Counted from the first letter of the stretch, positions 30,446 through 40,351 are shown. The stretch is 56,835 bases of DNA from an uncultured Syntrophales bacterium (GCA_964650385.1 CAZYTP010000005.1:1-56835); one strand, 5' to 3'. Program-made: numbers and translations. The notes: a model not told the origin generated them from the sequence alone.

Positions 30446-31009
30446 CTAACTCCTCTCTCCTAACAATCTATCCAATACAACGGCCACTGCAGATCGAACA
30501 GACATGTGGTTATAATTCGACGGTCCTTTGATCGGTTCAAGAAAAAAATCGGCATCCCCAATTACACCACTGGCAATACCCCAACCTGTCCCAAAAACCA
30601 GAAGGCAGGGATTCTGACTTTTCGCTATACTTCTTTTCAATTCTGCGAATTTTGTCAACTTTCCCCGAAGCTCTGCACCCGTTACCACAAGCCTGACCTT
30701 ATTTTTTGATTCTGCCGAGATATCTTCCAATACCTCTTCGAGGGTACCTTTTAAGTCGACAATATCCATCGCTTCTTTCCTCAATGGATTATAAGAAGCG
30801 CCATACCCCCTTTGCCAGTGACGTATTATCCGTCTAACCAGCTCTCTCTGTTCTTCAACCGGCGTAACTATATAAAATCGTTTTATGCCGTAAGTCTTCG
30901 CGGATCTGGATATATCATGTATATCCATATTGGTAACCGCGGTTGTAATAACATCTCCTTTTTTATTATAAACAGGATAATGTAAAAGAGCGATATAAAT
31001 ATTTCCCAT
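30446..31009 (-). CDS. SPOUT-type SAM-dependent RNA methyltransferase (trmD-associated)
   Basis: IALLHYPV, TNMDIHDISR, FGTGWG, YNHMSVRSAVAVVLDRL. Confidence 0.85.
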   Translation of the reverse strand: MGNIYIALLHYPVYNKKGDVITTAVTNMDIHDISRSAKTYGIKRFYIVTPVEEQRELVRRIIRHWQRGYGASYNPLRKEAMDIVDLKGTLEEVLEDISAESKNKVRLVVTGAELRGKLTKFAELKRSIAKSQNPCLLVFGTGWGIASGVIGDADFFLEPIKGPSNYNHMSVRSAVAVVLDRLLGERS

Positions 31010-31074
31010 TATACTATACAGAAGACAGTAGTAAGAATCCGGAACGGAAGTGAAATGTTTTTCCCTCTATCTTC

Positions 31075-31821
31075 TCACTCCTTGCTCCTGTCTGCCGCTT
31101 TAAGTTCTTCAAGGATTTTTCTATCCTCCTCCGATAACTCCACATTTGTCAACAAATCAGGTCTTCTCGTAAGCGTCCTCTTAAGGGATTCCCTACGCCT
31201 CCATTTATTAATCTCATTATGATTTCCCGAGAGAAGCACATCGGGAACCCCCCACCCCCTATATTCTCTTGGACGCGTATAATGGGGATATTCCAGGAGG
31301 CCTGTTGAAAAAGAATCAAGCAAAGCAGATTCTCTATTACTCAAAACGCCTGGAATCAAACGGGAAACTGCATCAACCACAATCATGGCCGGCAACTCCC
31401 CTCCGGTCAGGACATAATCACCCGTCGAAATCTCCCTGTCTACAAGATTCGCTCTTATCCTTTCATCCACGCCTTCATAATGACCACAGATAAGAACAAC
31501 GTGAGAAAACCGGGATAGTTCTTCTGCAACCCCCTGATTGAAGGTCTCGCCCTGAGGTGTCAGTAAAACAACGGATGCATCTGACCTCACCGGGACAACA
31601 GACTCTACTGCCCTTACAACCGGTTCCACCTTCATAACCATTCCACCACCGCCGCCATAGGGATAATCATCGCACATCTTGTGCTTCCCTTCAGCATAGC
31701 TGCGGATGTCATGAAGATTTATTTCTATCAATCCTTTTTCGAGGGCTTTTTTTAAGAGGCTGTCATTGAAAGGGGATTCAAACATTCCGGGAAAAAGAGA
31801 AAAAATATCAAACCTGATCAT
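31075..31821 (-). CDS. trmD: tRNA (guanine-N1)-methyltransferase
   Basis: [41 protein letters not shown]. Confidence 0.97.
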   Translation of the reverse strand: MIRFDIFSLFPGMFESPFNDSLLKKALEKGLIEINLHDIRSYAEGKHKMCDDYPYGGGGGMVMKVEPVVRAVESVVPVRSDASVVLLTPQGETFNQGVAEELSRFSHVVLICGHYEGVDERIRANLVDREISTGDYVLTGGELPAMIVVDAVSRLIPGVLSNRESALLDSFSTGLLEYPHYTRPREYRGWGVPDVLLSGNHNEINKWRRRESLKRTLTRRPDLLTNVELSEEDRKILEELKAADRSKE

Positions 31822-31827
31822 AGTCTG

Positions 31828-32328
31828 TTACAAACCTTCAAGCAGTCTGACAACCATCCTGCCATTTTTTATATCTATTTTCCGGACTACGTCAGCTATC
31901 GCAGGCAAAAGAATTTCTTTTTCTGCGCCGGTGCACACATAAACATCGTTACTACCCGTGGGTAAAATACTCTCGACCCTACCGATAATCTCACCATCTT
32001 CAGTAACAACCTCAAGTCCAATAATATCCCGCCAGTAATATTCATCTCCTGATAACTTTTCCAGTTTTTCAGAAGATACTGAAACCTGACATCCTACCAG
32101 TGCGCGCGCAGCAACAATATTTTCCACACCTTCAAGTTCAAGTAAAAAGTGTTTTTTGTTGATTTTGATATTTTTTATCTTTTTGAGGTTAGTCTCTTGT
32201 TTTTCAAGCCCTACATAAACCTCCTTCAGTGATTCAAGTATCGTGTTCGATTCCAGATACAAAATCACCTTCATACAGCCGCCAAGCCCATGAGGTTTAA
32301 CAATTTTGCCTATCTCAAAAAAATCCAT
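31828..32328 (-). CDS. rimM: Ribosome maturation factor RimM
   Basis: IGKIVKPHGL.G, EYYWRDIIG, TGSNDVY, LLPAI. Confidence 0.95.
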   Translation of the reverse strand: MDFFEIGKIVKPHGLGGCMKVILYLESNTILESLKEVYVGLEKQETNLKKIKNIKINKKHFLLELEGVENIVAARALVGCQVSVSSEKLEKLSGDEYYWRDIIGLEVVTEDGEIIGRVESILPTGSNDVYVCTGAEKEILLPAIADVVRKIDIKNGRMVVRLLEGL

Positions 32329-32349
32329 AAATCAAGAGGCTTGTACTTT

Positions 32350-32580
32350 TTATTCAAGAATCTCCAATACTGTCCTTTTGCGAAGCTTAGCTGATGCCGC
32401 ACTCAAAATTGTCCTCATAGCCTTTGCGGTTTTTCCCTGTTTGCCAATAACCTTGCCTAGGTCTTCCTTTGCGACTCTCAGTTCAAGCACGGAAGTCTTT
32501 TCACCTTCTATTTCGGAAACCTCTACCACTTCCGGGCTATCTACCAATGCTTGAGCAATGTACTTTACCAAATCTTTCAT
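32350..32580 (-). CDS. khpA: KH-domain RNA-binding protein KhpA (UPF0109)
   Basis: [10 protein letters not shown]; lies between rpsP and rimM. Confidence 0.93.
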   Translation of the reverse strand: MKDLVKYIAQALVDSPEVVEVSEIEGEKTSVLELRVAKEDLGKVIGKQGKTAKAMRTILSAASAKLRKRTVLEILE

Positions 32581-32646
32581 AATAACACCCTCCACCGGTT
32601 ATTTGTAATATGAACTGTTTGATAGACGATAACTCGAGCAATCATT

Positions 32647-32697
32647 TGAAAATCCCCACACCAAACCTGCGGGAGATCCACTCGCGATTCATTTTCA
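32647..32697 (+). repeat. TGAA...TTCA element, degenerate copy
   Basis: TGAAAATCCCCACACCAAACCTGCGGGAGATCCACTCGCGATTCATTTTCA. Confidence 0.55.
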
Positions 32698-32735
32698 GCA
32701 ACTATTCAATTCAGACTGCCTCAATTCTTTTCAGC

Positions 32736-32978
32736 TTACAATAATCCCCTTTTTTTAAGTAACTGGGAGACGGTCAATGTTGGCTTGGCACCCTTTGATA
32801 GCCAATCGACAATACGATCCTCTTTAAAGTTGACCTCTGCCGGATCCTTCTTAGGATCATAATTCCCAACAATTTCAATAAATCTTCCATCTCTGGGAGA
32901 TTCGACATCAGCAACAACAATTCTGTAAAAAGGTTTCTTTTTTGCACCCATTCGTGCCAATCTTATTTTTACTGCCAT
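32736..32978 (-). CDS. rpsP: 30S ribosomal protein S16
   Basis: [25 protein letters not shown]. Confidence 0.97.
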   Translation of the reverse strand: MAVKIRLARMGAKKKPFYRIVVADVESPRDGRFIEIVGNYDPKKDPAEVNFKEDRIVDWLSKGAKPTLTVSQLLKKRGLL

Positions 32979-33139
32979 TTATTAACTATATCACCTCCTG
33001 AAAAATATTCTAAAACAATTATAAATACCCATTCATCAGCAAGACCAAGAAAAGCAAATTATTCCTAAGTCTTTGTTTTTATTAAAAAAAGCCAACAACA
33101 ACCAATTCCCTTCGTCCTTCTAACATATATTGCATATTA

Positions 33140-34471
33140 TTAAAAGGGGAATTTACCCCCTCTCAGAGATTTCATGCCACCCTTTGTTATTTTCTTCATC
33201 ATTTTCCTCATTTCAACATAATTTTTCAACAACCGGTTGACATCCTGAACTGCTGTACCACTTCCTCTGGCAATTCTCTTTCTTCTCTGTCCATTTATGA
33301 TCCGGTAATCGAGGCGCTCCTTTTTCGTCATTGAGTCTATGATAGCCGTCACCCTGACCAATTCACCTTCATCTACGTTCACATTTTTCAATGACTTCAT
33401 CTTGCCAAATCCGGGAATCATACCCAGAAGATCCTGCATGGAACCCATCTTTCTTATCTGTACAAGCTGGCTTCTGAAGTCCTCGAGGGTGAAGGAATCT
33501 TTCCTGATTTTCTTTTCCAGTTCCTTGGCTGCCTTTTCATCAAATGCAGTCTGCGCCTTCTCAACCAGAGTCAAGACATCCCCCATACCGAGGATTCTCG
33601 ATGCCATGCGTTCCGGATGAAATACTTCAAGGGCATCAAGCTTCTCACCCACACCGATAAACTTTATAGGTTTTCCCGTCACCGCCCTGATGGACAATGC
33701 CGCCCCACCCCGGGCATCGCCATCCATCTTTGTCAGGATTATTCCGTCAATACCCAGCAATTCGTCAAACTTCCCTGCTGCAGATACCGCATCCTGGCCA
33801 GTCATGGCATCAGCAACAAACAGTATTTCCGATGGATTTATCACATTCTTTATTTTTTCCAACTCATCCATCATCTCACTGTCAATATGCAACCTTCCTG
33901 CTGTATCAATAATTATTGCATCATAATTACCTTCACTAGCTTGTTTGACAGCCTCAACACAAATCCTGACAGGGTCTTCCACTCCTTTCGAATCGTAGAC
34001 ATCAACTCCAACTTTTTTTCCAAGAATCTTCAACTGGTGGACAGCTGCGGGCCGGTAAACATCCGCCGGAACGAGACAAACATGCTTTCCTTTATTTAAC
34101 AAGACACTGGCAAGCTTGGCCGTCGTAGTAGTTTTGCCACACCCCTGAAGACCAACCATCATAATCGGTGCAGGAATTCTGTTGGTAACTTTTAACTGGC
34201 TGCTCTTCCCCCCCATCAGTTCAACAAGCCGGTCATTAACAATTTTTACAACCTGCTGACCGGGTGTAATGCTGGCAAGAACTTCCTGCCCCACTGTCCT
34301 CACCCTGATATCCTCGATGAATTTCTTGACTACTCTGAAATTCACATCAGCTTCAAGGAGCACTATCCGGATTTCCTTTAACGCATCCTTGATATTCTCT
34401 TCATCAAGCCTGCCTCTTCCTTTCAGCTTTTTAAAGATCCCTTCCAGTTTTTCAGTCAGACTTTCAAACAT
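33140..34471 (-). CDS. ffh: Signal recognition particle protein Ffh
   Basis: GLQGCGKTT, DTAGR, TKMDGDARGGAA, Met-rich M domain. Confidence 0.98.
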   Translation of the reverse strand: MFESLTEKLEGIFKKLKGRGRLDEENIKDALKEIRIVLLEADVNFRVVKKFIEDIRVRTVGQEVLASITPGQQVVKIVNDRLVELMGGKSSQLKVTNRIPAPIMMVGLQGCGKTTTTAKLASVLLNKGKHVCLVPADVYRPAAVHQLKILGKKVGVDVYDSKGVEDPVRICVEAVKQASEGNYDAIIIDTAGRLHIDSEMMDELEKIKNVINPSEILFVADAMTGQDAVSAAGKFDELLGIDGIILTKMDGDARGGAALSIRAVTGKPIKFIGVGEKLDALEVFHPERMASRILGMGDVLTLVEKAQTAFDEKAAKELEKKIRKDSFTLEDFRSQLVQIRKMGSMQDLLGMIPGFGKMKSLKNVNVDEGELVRVTAIIDSMTKKERLDYRIINGQRRKRIARGSGTAVQDVNRLLKNYVEMRKMMKKITKGGMKSLRGGKFPF

Positions 34472-34520
34472 GATGAATACCTGTTTAAAGTTTCGAGTTT
34501 AAAGTTCAAAGTTTAAAGTT
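34472..34520 (+). repeat. AAAGTTT-type heptamer array
   Basis: 34472-34513 is 41/42 identical to the reverse complement of 40352-40393; an inverted arm lies at 34673-34697. Confidence 0.8.
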
Positions 34521-34652
34521 GATGGCTTCGTAAAAAGTCAGCTTTTGTCACCCTGAATTTATTTCAGGGTCTCTAACTTGCTGAAATAATTAGATGCTGA
34601 AACAAGTTCAGCATGACAAATAACACATTTTGAGACTTTTTACGAGACTGTC
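34521..34652. mobile_element. 132-bp MITE carrying a type-B GTCA palindrome doublet
   Basis: GATGGCTTCGTAAAAAGTC...GACTTTTTACGAGACTGTC; flanks AAAGTT/ACAGTT; close copies at 51802 and 52483. Confidence 0.85.
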
Positions 34653-34696
34653 ACAGTTAATTTCATTCCCCCAAACTTGAAACTCCGAACTTTGAA

Positions 34697-35251
34697 CTAT
34701 TTTTTGACAATCATGCACTTCAAGCCTTTAATCTTCTTCTCTAAGATTACTTTAACTTTTTCCGCATCTTTATAATTTACAAATCCCTTCAACCGAACAC
34801 GAAACCACATTCCTTTTAATTTTAACTTAATTTCATCAACCGCGGAGTCATAACCCATATCAGACAATCTTTTATTGAGCGTCTCCGCCTTCTTTCTATC
34901 TTTAAAAGAGGCTACCTGTATTATGTGTTTATTTTCAAGAAGAGCTTTTCTGCCTCCACCTTTCCCCAATTCATCACTTTTACGGGCCAGGGTATCATAG
35001 AAGGTAAGTTTAAAATCTTTTTTCTCTTCCTTTGCTATCTCCTCAGCAGCTAACGGTTTCCTGATAATCCTTTGCTTTGTTATGCGGGGAATACCTTTTA
35101 CAATCTTCTCCGGGTAGCTTTCAATATTTTTCCCAACTATGACTCCAAAAATAAAAGCAAATAAGAGAGAGAGAGAAGTCCCGAAGACAAACAAACCCAG
35201 GCCCAGCTTACCCAGTCTGAATTCGAAATCTTTTACCTTTCGGGAAGACAT
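34697..35251 (-). CDS. SPOR-domain membrane protein (FtsN-like)
   Basis: N-terminal TM helix, LTFYDTL, IQVASFK...WFRVRL; follows argS. Confidence 0.85.
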   Translation of the reverse strand: MSSRKVKDFEFRLGKLGLGLFVFGTSLSLLFAFIFGVIVGKNIESYPEKIVKGIPRITKQRIIRKPLAAEEIAKEEKKDFKLTFYDTLARKSDELGKGGGRKALLENKHIIQVASFKDRKKAETLNKRLSDMGYDSAVDEIKLKLKGMWFRVRLKGFVNYKDAEKVKVILEKKIKGLKCMIVKK

Positions 35252-35307
35252 TAATGCACTTAGCTCCTCCGTTTATTTTTAAATAGTTAAATAGCGTTGT
35301 TAAAATA

Positions 35308-36972
35308 CTACATTTTTTCCGGGGCCGAGACACCCAAGAGCATTAAAGCGTTTCTCAAAACTATCCGAACAGATTTAACAAGAAAAAGTCTCGCCATGCT
35401 TAAATCCAAGTCATCGGAAATCACCCTGTTTTTGTTATAATAACTATGAAAAACAGAAGCAAGGTCGTTCAGATAAAATGTAAGACGATGGGGCTCAAGC
35501 CCCTTTGCACTTCCTTCAACTACTTCCGGAAATCTGACAATCTCTTTAATAAGAGTAATTTCCTCCGGAAGGGTTAAACACCGCCAATCCACATCACCGA
35601 AGCCGGGAATTTTATAACCTTGTTCATGTGCTAACCTCATGATACTGGATATCCTGGCATGTGCATATTGAACATAATAAACAGGATTTTCATTCGACTG
35701 TTTTTTGGCAAGCTCCAGATCAAAATCAAGATGGCTGTCTGATCGTCTCATGAGAAAGTTATATCTTGCCGCATCTCTTCCCACCTCATCGACAACTTCC
35801 CTCAAGGTCACGAATTCTCCGCCTCGTGTAGACATAGCTACAGGTTTTCCGCTCCTTAAAAGATTTACCAGTTGCACCAGGATAATCTTAAGGGCTTCTT
35901 TTTCATTACCAAGAGACTGGATGCCGGCATACAGTCTGGGAATATAACCATGGTGATCAGCACCCCAGACATCTATAATCATATCGAAGCCTCTTAAATA
36001 CTTGTCGCGGTGATAGGCAATATCTGCAGCAAAATAGGTCGGTTCACCGTTCTCCCTGACCACTACCCTGTCCTTTTCATCACCAAAATCGGTTGTTTTG
36101 AACCAGAGAGCTCCTCCCTCCTCATAGACAAACTCCTTTTCTTGAAGTTCTGAGAGCAGTTTTGCAACTCCATCATCTTTATAAAGTTCTTTCTCACTGA
36201 AATAACTATCAAAAACTACACCAAAGGCATTCAAATCCTCCTTTATTCCAGTCAAAATAGAATCGACGGCATAATCTTTAAAAACAGGAATGGCTTCTTT
36301 CTCTTCTTTTTCAAGATACTTGTCACCATACTCTTCAAATATTTCTACGGCCAGCTCTTTAATATAATCTCCCTGGTAACACTCAGGTGGAAACTCAGTC
36401 TCTTTTCCCAGCAGCTCCAGATAACGGAGAAAAACAGATTTTCCCAGAACTTCCATCTGGCTGCCTGCATCATTAATATAATACTCTCTGACAAGGGAAA
36501 ATCCCGAAGATTTCAGGATATTGGCAACGACATCACCAATAACGGCACCCCTTGCATGTCCTATATGAAGAGGCCCAGTGGGGTTGGCACTGACAAATTC
36601 TATCTGCACCTTCTTGCCTTTTCCGAAATCGGATTCTCCATAACGATCATCCTGTTCATCCACGTCTTTCAAAAGGGGAACCCACGCATCTTTTTCAATA
36701 AAAAAATTGATAAAGCCAGGGCCGGCAATTTCTATCTTAGCCAGCAGGTTATCGTTATCGTCGATATTTTCAATGATCTGTTCTGCTATTTTACGCGGGT
36801 TCACCCCCTGGCTTGAGGCAAGGACCATGGATGTAGTACACGAATAGTCGCCGTGGGATTCCTCCCTTGGAGTTTCCACTTCTATAAAGGGGAGACCTCC
36901 TATCTCAAACATCCGTTTATCGGAACAGGTTCTAATAGAATTTTCCAGTAATTCAATTAACTTCTTCTTCAT
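35308..36972 (-). CDS. argS: Arginine-tRNA ligase
   Basis: [34 protein letters not shown]. Confidence 0.98.
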   Translation of the reverse strand: MKKKLIELLENSIRTCSDKRMFEIGGLPFIEVETPREESHGDYSCTTSMVLASSQGVNPRKIAEQIIENIDDNDNLLAKIEIAGPGFINFFIEKDAWVPLLKDVDEQDDRYGESDFGKGKKVQIEFVSANPTGPLHIGHARGAVIGDVVANILKSSGFSLVREYYINDAGSQMEVLGKSVFLRYLELLGKETEFPPECYQGDYIKELAVEIFEEYGDKYLEKEEKEAIPVFKDYAVDSILTGIKEDLNAFGVVFDSYFSEKELYKDDGVAKLLSELQEKEFVYEEGGALWFKTTDFGDEKDRVVVRENGEPTYFAADIAYHRDKYLRGFDMIIDVWGADHHGYIPRLYAGIQSLGNEKEALKIILVQLVNLLRSGKPVAMSTRGGEFVTLREVVDEVGRDAARYNFLMRRSDSHLDFDLELAKKQSNENPVYYVQYAHARISSIMRLAHEQGYKIPGFGDVDWRCLTLPEEITLIKEIVRFPEVVEGSAKGLEPHRLTFYLNDLASVFHSYYNKNRVISDDLDLSMARLFLVKSVRIVLRNALMLLGVSAPEKM

Positions 36973-37029
36973 CTAAAAGCCCTTCCCTTTGCTGAATGCT
37001 GATAGCTGACAGCTTGCCTTTCTTATACT

Positions 37030-37053
37030 AAAAAAGTTGGCCAAAAGGCCAAC
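37030..37053 (-). terminator. Intrinsic terminator-like hairpin ~60 nt upstream of argS
   Basis: Minus strand GTTGGCC-TTTT-GGCCAAC-TTTTTT. Confidence 0.6.
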
Positions 37054-37189
37054 CCGTTTCTCTGAAACTAAATATAACCACCCGACCTCAGGGAGGCCGG
37101 ATTTAAGTGCAGGTTCCGATTTACGATTTTATCAAACCAATGGCGAAAGTTTTCCCATTCACAGAAAGGGAAAACCACGAACGGTTACT

Positions 37190-37357
37190 TTAATTTTCTT
37201 TCTTTTCTACCTCATCAATATCTTTGTCCTTTATGGAAAGATCCCTGGTAAAATCGGGACAGTGAACATTACCTACAGAATCCGTTGTAACACTAAATCT
37301 CTTCCGGCAGTTTCCCCTCCATGCACATATTGAACAGTATCTCTTCTCCGTTTCCAT
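37190..37357 (-). CDS. Small Cys-rich protein, 55 aa (absent from the ORF track)
   Basis: METEKRYCSICAWRGNCRKRFSVTTDSVGNVHCPDFTRDLSIKDKDIDEVEKKEN; GAGG RBS; TTGACT-17-TAGCGT upstream. Confidence 0.75.
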   Translation of the reverse strand: METEKRYCSICAWRGNCRKRFSVTTDSVGNVHCPDFTRDLSIKDKDIDEVEKKEN

Positions 37358-37465
37358 AATACCAACCTCAGCTTTTCAATAACTTTGAGTGCCACGCTAT
37401 AATTTTACGGCCATTAAGTCAAGAAATTTTGGTGACTATAAAGAAAAGATTGAAACCGTATAAAC

Positions 37466-38701
37466 TCAGTTTCTATCATCTTTCCAGGATGTCAGTGTCA
37501 GATCATCTGATGTGTATTTGTCTTTCAGTGCCGCGTCATAATAGAGCGTTCCTGAATTTTTTATATCTACACTAGCAGCCCATATGGCGCCATAAACACT
37601 TGAACTGTTTTTCATATCAACATCCGCAAATGGGGCATAAACCAGCCCTTTGAATGCACTGCTGTGCTTGAAATCAATCTTGGCGGTAGAATTGGAAAAA
37701 ATGGCAAAATCCGTAGGGTTTCCTGTAACATTGATAGTCGAACCATTCTTGGCGTCAAGCCCGCCTTCCAAAAATATGTTAACTGATCCCGCTGATGCGT
37801 CGATAGTAAGATTCGCACCGCTTTTTAGTATAACGCTTGTGAAGTAATAATCTCCTGCAGTCAAGGTAATCGACCCGTTAGTGTTTATTGTGGTGCCGAC
37901 TCCGGCGGAAGCATTGTCGTTGCTGGCAACGTAGATAGAAGGATCATACACGCCGCCGGAATTTATACCCAGAGGGTCGGGATCGATCCTTCCCGCATCG
38001 ACAGGAGTCGTTCCATAGAAGGTTGTACCGCCATGGATATTATTTACTGTATCAGAGCCATCCGATTGTTCGCCCAATACTCCGCTCCCATCAATTGATG
38101 CCCCATTATGGGTCACCAGCCAGTCATTAGATCCGACATCAGCCTCATGCGTGGTTTGGAATGATGAATCGGAAGGATCGTTTTTTGTGGGATCGGAGCT
38201 GCTGCTGTCATAGCTCAGAGTGGTTCCGCCATTTTTCGCGTCTACTTTATGATCGCCAAATGCCGCGTAATTGATCGCAGAGTCTCTTTCAAATGTGACT
38301 TCTATGACAGCTTGTGCGCTATTCGGGCCATTTCCGGTACTGGTTAAGGTATAAGTACTTGAACCTGAATTCTTCGATATGGTTGAAATAGTAAAAGAAA
38401 AACCGGTTGGCGTCGTGTATGTAAGTGTAGCAGGACTCCCTGCGGAAGGAAGCGTGAATGTCTGCGGACTGGCCTTAAGCCCTGCCTCTATCATTGCAAG
38501 GGCGTACTGAACACCGGCATCGGCATCATAAAAGGCCTGTCTGCTCGTTTTATAATTACTGCTGATTTTAAGATCCGTCGATGTCTGCATGACGGCCGTC
38601 GTTCCAAGGGCTGCCAAAACGGCAAGCATCAAAACAGATATAACGAGAACTATTCCCTTCTCGTTGTTCAATATTGTGCCAATCTGTTTTTTTATTTTCA
38701 T
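37466..38701 (-). CDS. PilX-like minor pilin with large C-terminal beta-rich domain
   Basis: EKG|IVLVISVLML (no Glu5), QAFYDADAG; Gly/Ser/Thr/Asn-rich C-terminus with FKGLVYAP. Confidence 0.8.
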   Translation of the reverse strand: MKIKKQIGTILNNEKGIVLVISVLMLAVLAALGTTAVMQTSTDLKISSNYKTSRQAFYDADAGVQYALAMIEAGLKASPQTFTLPSAGSPATLTYTTPTGFSFTISTISKNSGSSTYTLTSTGNGPNSAQAVIEVTFERDSAINYAAFGDHKVDAKNGGTTLSYDSSSSDPTKNDPSDSSFQTTHEADVGSNDWLVTHNGASIDGSGVLGEQSDGSDTVNNIHGGTTFYGTTPVDAGRIDPDPLGINSGGVYDPSIYVASNDNASAGVGTTINTNGSITLTAGDYYFTSVILKSGANLTIDASAGSVNIFLEGGLDAKNGSTINVTGNPTDFAIFSNSTAKIDFKHSSAFKGLVYAPFADVDMKNSSSVYGAIWAASVDIKNSGTLYYDAALKDKYTSDDLTLTSWKDDRN

Positions 38702-38715
38702 AATATATCATCCCT

Positions 38716-39300
38716 TTATAAACCAAGATTTCTTGGGGTTATAACAGACGTCAGGGAATATGTTCTGTACCCACCATTGGATGTATAAACCGGATCAGGG
38801 TTGGCGGTCCGCATTGTAATGGTAATCCTTACCTGACGTATATTCGCCGTAGTAGTGGTCGCGGTACCATCACCATCCAAATATTCGAAAGTAAAAGCCT
38901 GAACATTTTCTATTAAAGGCTGAGCACCCCCCCCTGTGTCCCTGTCGATCTGGAGATTTGCAGTGTCGTGTGAATATATGATATTTTCATTTGCGTCATC
39001 TGGAGTCCCATCGCCGTCCAGATCGGCACGTATCTGAAGCTGTGAGGTGCTGTAAGTCACACCATCGAAAGCTGCACCTGCTGGATTGTAACCCGCCATC
39101 CTTATCTCTCTGGTCATCATGTCCATAGCAGCCCTTGCGTTTTGCTGCATCTCGGCAATCTGTTCCTGAACCTTATAGGTCTTATTTTGTATAATAAAGA
39201 CACTATATACGGCACCAAGAACAATAAGGCCCACTGCCATAGCAATCAACAGTTCGATGAGTGTAAAACCGCGATTGTTATTTTCAGGAAAACAACTCAC
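38716..39300 (-). CDS. PilW-like minor pilin
   Basis: RG|FTLIELLIAM, MQQNARAAMDMMTREIRMAGY, C-terminal PRN. Confidence 0.88.
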   Translation of the reverse strand: MSCFPENNNRGFTLIELLIAMAVGLIVLGAVYSVFIIQNKTYKVQEQIAEMQQNARAAMDMMTREIRMAGYNPAGAAFDGVTYSTSQLQIRADLDGDGTPDDANENIIYSHDTANLQIDRDTGGGAQPLIENVQAFTFEYLDGDGTATTTTANIRQVRITITMRTANPDPVYTSNGGYRTYSLTSVITPRNLGL

Positions 39301-39328
39301 TTCTCTCCCCTTCTTGCATAAGGGTTAG

Positions 39329-39691
39329 CTACTGTGCCACTATTGTTCGCAGTGTAACATTGTGTGTATTGCCGCCCCGGTTCCAACTTACCGTAACGAC
39401 AATAGTTGTCGTGCCGGCAATTGGCGAATCAGAGGTAACCGCCCATGTTCTTGCATAAATGGAATCTGTATCACCACCAGAAGCAATGCTGCCATAAGCT
39501 GTATTTTTCAGTTCTTCCATCTTATCCTGGGCCAACGTTGTTGCACTCGTAACCTCTTTGCCGAAAGCATTCCCCTTTATAACGCTTACCGTCACGCCTG
39601 CTACACCAAAAAGAGCTATAACGAGGATCAATATGGCAATCATAATTTCTATCAGTGTAAAGCCATTATTATTACTGCAAATTTTATCCAT
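39329..39691 (-). CDS. PilV-like minor pilin
   Basis: NG|FTLIEIMIAI, ATTLAQDKMEEL, VTVSW. Confidence 0.85.
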   Translation of the reverse strand: MDKICSNNNGFTLIEIMIAILILVIALFGVAGVTVSVIKGNAFGKEVTSATTLAQDKMEELKNTAYGSIASGGDTDSIYARTWAVTSDSPIAGTTTIVVTVSWNRGGNTHNVTLRTIVAQ

Positions 39692-39765
39692 TGGTATAAC
39701 CAAAAAAGTTCCTGAAGATTGTTGTTTGAACTGGCGCCAACATCTACACACAAAAAACGCAGATG

Positions 39766-40218
39766 TTATGGCGAATCATCTATCTTTACACGCCCGGTAA
39801 TAGCAACTTTAACATATTTCGACCCACTGGAATTTGTTAAGGTAACAGTAGTACCGTATGCTGTTCCGCTCGGATAGAAAATAGGATTAGTAGATGCACT
39901 CAGAGTTACATCGTAATACTCGGCCTGAATATCTTTTGTCTGGGATGACTCCCCGGCATCTTCAGCGTTATTATTATTATCGTCATCCAATATTTTATAC
40001 TGATGACTATCTAAAAATAACATCCTAAAGCGGTTATTCTGGCTGGCTGCCTTCATTCTTGCTTCCATTAAATCCGACATGACCTGCCTTGCAGCTCCGT
40101 TTAGACGGTTCTTCACCATCCAGCTTCGATATGCCGGCAAGGCAAGGGTGGCCATAATCGCTATAAGGGCGACCACTATCATCAATTCGATAAGCGTAAA
40201 GCCTTTTTGTGATCTCAC
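39766..40218 (-). CDS. FimT/FimU (GspH-like) minor pilin
   Basis: KG|FTLIELMIVV, DLMEARMKA, TGRVK. Confidence 0.88.
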   Translation of the reverse strand: MRSQKGFTLIELMIVVALIAIMATLALPAYRSWMVKNRLNGAARQVMSDLMEARMKAASQNNRFRMLFLDSHQYKILDDDNNNNAEDAGESSQTKDIQAEYYDVTLSASTNPIFYPSGTAYGTTVTLTNSSGSKYVKVAITGRVKIDDSP

Positions 40219-40236
40219 TTTTTCCCACTCACGTTT

Positions 40237-40351
40237 GATGGACTCGTAAAAAGTCCAAATCTTGTCACTCCCGCGCAGGCGGGAGTCTATAACACCTTAC
40301 AATAACTGGATTCCCGCCTACGCGGGAATGACAGAGAGGAACGAAACCGTC
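40237..40351. mobile_element. 115-bp MITE carrying a type-A GTCA palindrome doublet, right end partly deleted
   Basis: GATGGACTCGTAAAAAGTC, GTCACTCCCGCGCAGGCGGGAGTCTA...TGGATTCCCGCCTACGCGGGAATGAC, then ACGAAACCGTC. Confidence 0.75.

Noticed and set aside
37030..37190. T-box riboswitch upstream of argS
   Set aside because: GGGGTGGT and a terminator are present on the minus strand, but the following ACC, the antiterminator partner strand and a recognisable specifier stem are missing.
37037..37333. 98-aa plus-strand ORF
   Set aside because: Antisense to the better-supported 55-aa Cys-rich ORF; TTG start and no motif.
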